Shown here: piece after piece, positions 57,451-64,000 of the stretch
Layout of the letters: the number at the start of each line of letters is the position of its first letter
Numbering within the stretch: the stretch's first letter is position 1
Source of the DNA: Prorocentrum cordatum
Taxonomy: Eukaryota
Length of the DNA: 64,000 bases
Assembly: GCA_963575745.1 (NCBI GenBank)
Contig: CAUYUJ010000003.1
Span: 930,001-994,000, forward strand
Reading direction: 5' to 3'
Program-made: the position numbers and the translations under genes
Notes under the pieces: model-generated
Database searches by the model: none
Told to the model about the DNA's origin: nothing
Seen by the model: only the letters and a program-made list of their open reading frames with translations

Positions 57451-59523
57451 GAGTCGAAAAGATCATCATGGCGAACGTCCCAGAAATTGTGTTTGTTTGC
57501 ACGATGTCAGAATCTCAAGGCGGCGACTCTGATTCGCAGTTTTGGAATCCGAGAATTCTGTTCTGACGCGGTTCAAGATCGTCAGGGCGCAACAATGACG
57601 GTGATTGACGGCGTTGAAGTCCCAGGAACGGCGTTATGGCACCATGCCGGATACGTGTTCAAACGATTGTCCTCCAACGTGGCATTTCCCTCAGTGAAGA
57701 TGAACCCGTGTAGGAGTCTATGAAGAGGGAACTTGGAGGGAGCGTGTATTGCAATATCGTTGATGAGTCTTGGGTTTGCACTGGTCCTCCTCCTCCTCCT
57801 CATCATCATCACCATCATCATGATCCTTATCCTCATCCTCATCCTCATCCTCCTCCTCATCCTCCTCATCCTCCTCATCCTCCTCCTTCCGTCGCCCAGG
57901 GCACGGCCTTTCAGAAGTACGCTCGGCCTATACCGTACTAAGGGCCGACCGAAGTTCTGCTCAAACGCAGAGTTCCACTGCGAGGTGATTCATTCACTCA
58001 TCAATTCATTCATCCATGCCTCTCGGGGGGGGCGTAAAGGCGCGGCAAAGCCAGATGTGGGAGGTGGGGCTACAAGAGAATCGCCATGGGCGGCCCCGGG
58101 ATGAAAAGATCAGCTCCAAATTATGCGAACTCCCTAACCCTACCCTTCGGGCGCACGCTAACTTGGACAACGGATCCGTGTATTATGGCGCGTGGGCGCC
58201 AGATTCACGGATCGGGGAAGGTACCCCCCGAAACAGTAAGCCAGTGCGGCCTGACTTGGCGACGGAGCGCGCCGATGCCGCATGGAAACAGGGCCAGTCG
58301 CGAATCCACGCGCCTTAAACTATGTTTGCGTTTGCTACAACATTGGGCTGAACCATGGTCTGCGCACCGTCGACGCTCCTCCTCCTCCTCCTCCTCCTCT
58401 TCCTCCTCCTCCTCTTCCTTATTCTCCTCCTCCTCCTGCTCTTCCTCTTCCCTCATCCCTTTTCCTCATGCATAGCTCCCCCCTGTAGCACCCCCAGACG
58501 TGTCGGTAGGACGGCAGGGGCGCTTCCCTGGAGGAGGAGGAGGAGGAGGAGGAGGAGGAGGAGGAGGAGGAGGAGGAGAAGGAGGAGGAGGGGGAGGGCG
58601 GAGGAGGAGTAGGAGGAAGAGGAGGAGGAAGAGGAGGAGGCGGAGACTTCCCCACCACCGATGATCCTGAAGTTCGGCATTGGCATCCATTGCACGGGTG
58701 AAGGGCGGGCCGTTCTCATGATGCGGCTCTCGCACTGGCGCCGCGCACATGCGTCTTAAGAGTTCGCGGCGGCTTCACGCACGGAGGGCGGGCCCGTTCA
58801 AAATCGTGTCTCTATCGCCTTAGCGCCGCGCAGACTCGCGTTCAAAGTTTGCAGCTGCTTCACTGATGCTAGGCAGGATCCTTTTTCAGAGTGCCGTTCT
58901 CGCCTAAGCGCCGAGCGCATTCGGTTTCAACGCTTGCAATAGTTTTAAGGTTGCTTGGCAGGTCCTTTTCAAAATGTGGCATTCGCCTTAGCGCTGCGCG
59001 CATTCGTCTTAAACGTGTGCGACGCTTTCACGGGTGGAGGGCGGGTACTTTTCAAAATGTGGCCTTCACTGATGCGCCGCGCAAATTCGTTTTGACAATG
59101 TAGCAACCGTTACACACATCCGTATGATTGAAATGTCAGATACGGTGTCCTGGTACGATTTGGGATTGCCAGAACGCAACAATAACGTGGATTCGCGGTG
59201 CTGAGGTCCCAAGAATTACGTGCTGGCATGATTTGGGATTGTCAAGACGTAACCGTCACATTGATCTGCGGCGTCGAAATCCAAATAACTATGCTCTGGC
59301 AAGATTGCAGATTCTCAAACGGTTGTCGTCTCATTGGCTACTTCCCGCAATGAAGGCACAATCTTCTCGAATCCTACGAAGAGGGAACTTGGAAAGGCCA
59401 CACTGTTGATGCATTTTCCTACTCCTCCTCCTCCTCCTCCTCCTCCTCCTCCTCCTCCTCCCTCCCCGCCTCCCCCCCCACAAGACAAAACGCCCTCGCT
59501 CGAGCCCGCGCCGCGGAGACCGC

Positions 59524-59635
59524 CTGGGAGACCGTCAGGGCCTCCCCGTCCCGACCGGCAGACAGGGTCCGCGACGCCCACTCGTAGGAGAAGAACAGCA
59601 CGGCGTTCATCGCCCCGACGGTGAGCGTCGGCGAC
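59524..59635 (-). CDS. Mitochondrial carrier exon (SPTLTVGAMNAVLFFSYEWASRTLSAGRDGEALTVSQ)
   Basis: SP......NAV.F.SYE helix-2 motif; ccgag| acceptor, GC donor. Confidence 0.92.
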
Positions 59636-60109
59636 CTCGGCGACCGCCGCGGCGAGGGGCCGAGGCGAGGGGCGGCGTGAGGGGCGCGCGAGGGCGAGGC
59701 TGGCCCGCCTCCCCGCCCCCGTGGGCCTAGAGCGGCGGGCCCTGGGGCGCTGGGCCCGGATCGCTGGGCGCGCCCGCCGCCGCGGGCCCGAGGAAGCCCC
59801 GGCCACCCAGCTTCGCGCAACGCGCCCCGCGTGGCGCGACGCGCGGTCCTCTCTCCGCCCTCGCGGGGCCGCCCTGGAGAAGGGCGGCTCTCCGGCCGAG
59901 GGCGCGGCGCGCGAAGCGCGATTCTCCTAATTAGCGCCCCTGGGGGGTGGCCCCAGGGGCGGGGGGGGCAGAAAAGGCGGCGTCTGAGCCGTCGCCCGCC
60001 AGGCTGACCCCGCACGGGCGCCGTCGTTGCTTGCGCAGAAGTCTTGTCTCGATAGCCCACCCCTCGCCGAACTTCTCATGCTTCCACTGGCGCCGCATTC
60101 GGGCGGAGG

Positions 60110-60225
60110 GTCGAGGATCGAGGAGGATCGAAGAGTATCGAGGAGGATCGAGGAGGATCGAGGGATCGAGGAGGGATCGAGGAGGATCGAGGGGGATCGA
60201 GGGGGATCGAGGATCGAGGATCGAT
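60110..60225. repeat. Short gaggaggatc/gatcgag tandem repeat
   Basis: Visible 7-10 bp units. Confidence 0.85.
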
Positions 60226-60308
60226 TTGGGGGGGGGCAGGGGGCAAAACACGCGGAGAGAGGGGCGCCAGGAGCCCCCCCGCTCACCCGTGGACGCTGGG
60301 CCCGCGGC

Positions 60309-60375
60309 GCGACGCCCTTGTAGAGCCCGCGAAGTCCTTCTGCCCGAGCAGTCGCCATGGCGCAGTTGAGTATGC
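60309..60375 (-). CDS. Mitochondrial carrier exon (ILNCAMATARAEGLRGLYKGV)
   Basis: EG.RGLYKG motif; gcccag| acceptor, GC donor. Confidence 0.93.
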
Positions 60376-61728
60376 CTGGGCGCGCGGGCCAGCTCGCAAC
60401 GCGGGGCACCCGTCACCTGCGGCGATCGCGGGCCTATCTTTCGCCATCCACCAGGGGCCGGGGGCGGCCGCCCTCTTGCAGTGCTGGTGCTGTGCGAGGC
60501 GCTGACCGCGCCCGACAAAGCACTACGGTGTGTCAGCCGTCCCTGGCCAGTGGTGGTGGTAGTGCAAGGTAGACACACGAAGCTAGCCGCACTCCCAGCT
60601 CCCCCTGTCTGCGAACCCAGTGGGGCTGCTGCCCCGATGAGTCTGAACTGCGACCCTTCTGTCCCAAGGAGGCCTGGCGGGCAACGCGCCAACTTGGCGC
60701 CACTCCGTCGAGAACTCCAGAAATTGGTGGAGCGAATTGGTGGAGCGAAGGGCGATCACAAGCCAGCATGAAAAATCCACTGCCGTGATGGGCAGAAGAC
60801 GGGAGGCAGGGAGGATGGGAGGGGGAGGAAATGTGGGGCCAGATCCCGACGGGAACACGCAAGACTAGGAAGTGACAAGCCACAGGCAACTTGCAGCACG
60901 TGGCAAACTGTCATCTTGCACTAGCTTTCCGAGGGGCTGGGGCCAGATATCATGGAAATCTAGCTTGCACAGACAGGGGCTCTCCCTTACCCAGAGAGCG
61001 GTTGCACCGTGAACGAGCGAGCGGGGTCTGGCGTTCGGATGTCCGCGCCCGGGCTGACGGGCACTGGAAAATGCAACGCGCCATCTTTCCTCAGAAAACC
61101 TGCCTTCCGCTCAGCCTGTCCAAGGTTTGCGCGGTCATCCCTGCGACCGGACGCCAGGACCTCACGCGTGTGGCATTTAGCTGCCCTGATACGCAACACG
61201 CAACCCGCAGCGCGCTAACACAATACTCAACACGTGCACTGGAAACACAAGTCTGGCGCGATGCGTTCGCCAAACCGTGGGCTAGAACATGCTGAGCCAC
61301 CATGCAGCGTATTCAAACCAACGGTTTTTAACACGGCACGCGCTGCGTCTCAACAAGGGCGCACCATGACCGTTAAGAAAGGGCCTCTTACAGTCGCAAG
61401 AAGCTGCCCTTCGCAGCAGCGAGTCTCCCGGCATTGGTCCCGACTGGCCCCCGCCAGTGTGTGCCATCGCTCCGCCGCCGCAGGTACCATTGCTTCAGCC
61501 CTGCCTCCGACTGCCCCAGTGCTTGCCCCCCGCTGTCACAAATTTCAACATCTCGTCCGTGTTCAGCTTTCTTTGGACCTGGCGGTGGCCCACCCGCTGC
61601 CGCCAGTTTCTTTGCCGCTCCTCCCTCTCCTCGTCTTCCTGGGAGCCTCCGCCCCCTCTTCCTCCTTTTCCTCCTCCTTCTCTTCCGACGACGACCATGG
61701 CAAAAAGACGGCGGCGGGAGCGAGGCGC

Positions 61729-61831
61729 CACTGTACGGCGCCGCCCCCTGCAGCCCCAACATCGCCGGCGAGCTCTGCAGACGGATGCGAATCGTGTCGA
61801 GAGGTTGCGTGGCGAGTCCGCCAATCCCACC
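61729..61831 (-). CDS. Mitochondrial carrier exon (GGIGGLATQPLDTIRIRLQSSPAMLGLQGAAPYS), signature motif 1
   Basis: PLDTIRIRLQ motif; gcggag| acceptor, GC donor; upstream start exon not found in the window. Confidence 0.9.
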
Positions 61832-61859
61832 CTCCGCGGACCATGTGGCGCGGATCACC

Positions 61860-61909
61860 CTCTTCCTCCTCCTCCTCCTTCTTTTTCTCCTCTTCCTATT
61901 CCTCCTCCT

Positions 61910-61943
<34 letters not shown>

Positions 61944-62262
61944 CTCCTCGTCCTCCTCCTCCTCTTCCTCACTATCCTCCTCCTATTTCTCCTCCTTCTT
62001 CTGTCTGACGCTGCACTGACGCAGACTGGATGATACTCGCAGCGACTGTCCTCCTCCTCCTCCTCCTTCTCCTCCTTCTCCTCCTTCTCCTTCTCCTCCT
62101 CCTCCTCCTCCATTTCCTCCTCCTCCATTTCCTCCTCCTCCTCCATTTCCTCCTCCTCCTCCTCCTACTACTCCTCCTCTCCTTCTCTCTCTCTCTCTCT
62201 TTGTTTCTCTCTCTCTCTCTCTCTCTTTGTGTTTTCTCTATGCCTTCCTCTCTCTCTCTCTC
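61860..62262. repeat. (CCT)n and (CT)n low-complexity tracts
   Basis: Visible tracts. Confidence 0.93.
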
Positions 62263-62569
62263 TCGAATCCAAAAACCATAATTATGAGACCAACTTGGTA
62301 TCACTTTGCGGGGGGGCCAGGAAAACCTGTAAGCGCTCTTAGAGCGCTTGCAGGTCTGCCCGGAAAGCCATCTCACGCACATGCAGGATCAGGTGTTGGT
62401 TAATTGTTCCGATCGTGTCACCGTTTCTAGATATTTGTCGATTTCGACTGATTGGGTTTGTTTTTCTTCAGTTCTATCTCGCTCTCTGCCTCGTTCGCTT
62501 CTTCTATACACTGCGTGACCCCATGTTGACGTGCAACATACCAAGCTTTTGGACAAGTCTCATCCGTGT

Positions 62570-63135
62570 GTGGTGTAACACTGTCTGGCCCCCTGTATGT
62601 ATCCATGGCGGCGTGCAGAATACGAGTGAACATATGCTTGTTTTGCTCACGAGGTTGTTCGAGTGACGCGTGTCACTCCAGCGCGGTGGGTCACACTGTA
62701 CGGATAGAAGAAGTTAGTTTCTCACACTGTGCAAGGGGTGACACGAGTCACCCGCGCGTGTTGTCACACTGTGTGGCCCCTAGAATACGAGTAGAACATA
62801 TAGTTTTGCCCATACGGTTTTCTGTAACATGTCTCACCGGTATTGCTGTACCACACTGAATAGCACGTATACGTACATCATTTTGGTGCCCAGAATGCGG
62901 GTGTCGTGTTTTGCTCACACGGTTTTCGGGGTGACGCGTGTCGCCCTGTGGTTTCACACTGTATGGCCCTATGTTGGCGTCCAGCATGCGAATGAGACAG
63001 TGTGTTGTGCTCGCACGGGTTTCAGAGACTCTAAGTATGACACCATGTTGGCGTCCAGAATGCGAGTGGACCAATTCGTGTTGCCCACAGCGTTTTCAGG
63101 GTAATCTGTGTCACCCCTGTGTGGTTCTCCACACT
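62570..63135. repeat. Degenerate tandem repeat (cacactgt..ggccc / gaatacgagt)
   Basis: gaat[ag]cg[ag]gt-like motif recurs near 62618, 62783, 62893, 63058. Confidence 0.6.
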
Positions 63136-64000
63136 GTAGGAGGAGGCATGATGAGGCAGGAAAAGAAGGAGGAGGCAGGAGGAGGAGGAGGAGCAGGAGG
63201 AGACAGGAGGAGGTGGAGGCAGGACGAGGATGCAAGAGGAGGAGGCAGGAGGAGGCAGGAGGAGGAGGAGGCAGGAGGAAGACGAAGGCTGCCCATTCGT
63301 TACCAATGCTGCCCCCTCGTCATTCCTCCCTGCTCCCTTTCCTCAGCCCGTCTTCCTGCTCGCCGCAGCAATGTTGGGCTCAAGCGAGACGGCGACGGGG
63401 GGTGCACATGCGGCCCTCGCCGACCCTGCCGACGCCCGCGCCCAGCTCTCGCTAGCGCACGCGGCAGCCTCCAATCGCCTCCGATGAGCGTCGGCTTGGC
63501 TTTGCCCGTGACCGCCGCCAGCGCCGCAGTGGCGGCGCAGGCGGCCTCAACCCCATCAGCGACAGCATCGACAACAGCGACAACACCGAGCGCCGCAGAG
63601 GCGGCGCAGGCGCCCGCAGGCGACACCAGCGGAGTCCAGCACCCGCAGCCAGGCAGCTGGATCAGTGACTGGCAGTGGTGGCGCGGTGATTGGTGGAAAA
63701 AGGACGAAAACGACGCGTGGGTCCCGTGGTCGGGCACGCGGGCGGGAGACGCGGTGACGCGCTACGAATGGCCGCCGCATCAAGAAGCAAACCGCGCCTG
63801 GTCCCAGCAGCAGGCGGCAAAGCGCCAGGAGGAGCTTGCTCGCGGGGCAGCCCCATCGCCGCAGGCGCCCGTCCAGGCCGCAGTGGCGGCCCACGGCGGT
63901 GAGCAACAACGCCCGCCGCTTCCAACGGCGCCGCCGCCGCCAGCGGCGCCACCGCCGACAGCGCCACCGCCGCCAGCGGCGGTGGCGCTGGCGCCGCTCG

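Noticed and set aside
63372..63386. Spliced-leader relic (gggctcaag); similar 8-mers at 27633, 30373 and 53216
   Set aside because: Only 7-9 nt match, with no upstream CCGTAGCCATTTT and no informative context
63300..64000. First exon of the carrier gene
   Set aside because: No minus-strand frame gives the expected F.AG... helix start; the plus strand looks like an unrelated Ala/Trp-rich remnant too short to call

Overview
GC-rich, repeat-dense eukaryotic DNA. It is most likely a dinoflagellate, inferred from the tiny exons, mostly GC/GA splice donors, co-oriented genes and Copia/LINE sequence style. Manual splicing recovers two minus-strand host genes. (1) A mitochondrial carrier (SLC25, basic amino acid/carnitine-carrier-like) in at least 9 short exons over about 32 kb (61831 to 29716); its first exon and one internal exon were not found. 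(2) A TPR-repeat protein with confident exons at 10415-10258, 4772-4641 and 4038-3928 and weaker candidate 5' exons up to about 16960. The rest is transposon-derived: two degenerate LINEs, a degenerate Copia region with LTR-like ends, Helitron-like pieces, several MITE families, mini- and microsatellites, and a 100-N gap. The best observation is a 602-bp MITE inside the TPR coding sequence. GT and AG sites within its terminal inverted repeats, together with a 6-bp target duplication, would leave exactly 21 nt after splicing, making it a candidate frame-preserving introner. Also notable: a carrier exon with no AG acceptor, and a LINE whose 5' junction rebuilds the spliced-leader end GGCTCAAG. 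No rRNA, tRNA or CRISPR array was recognised. All splice models are read by eye and lack transcript support.
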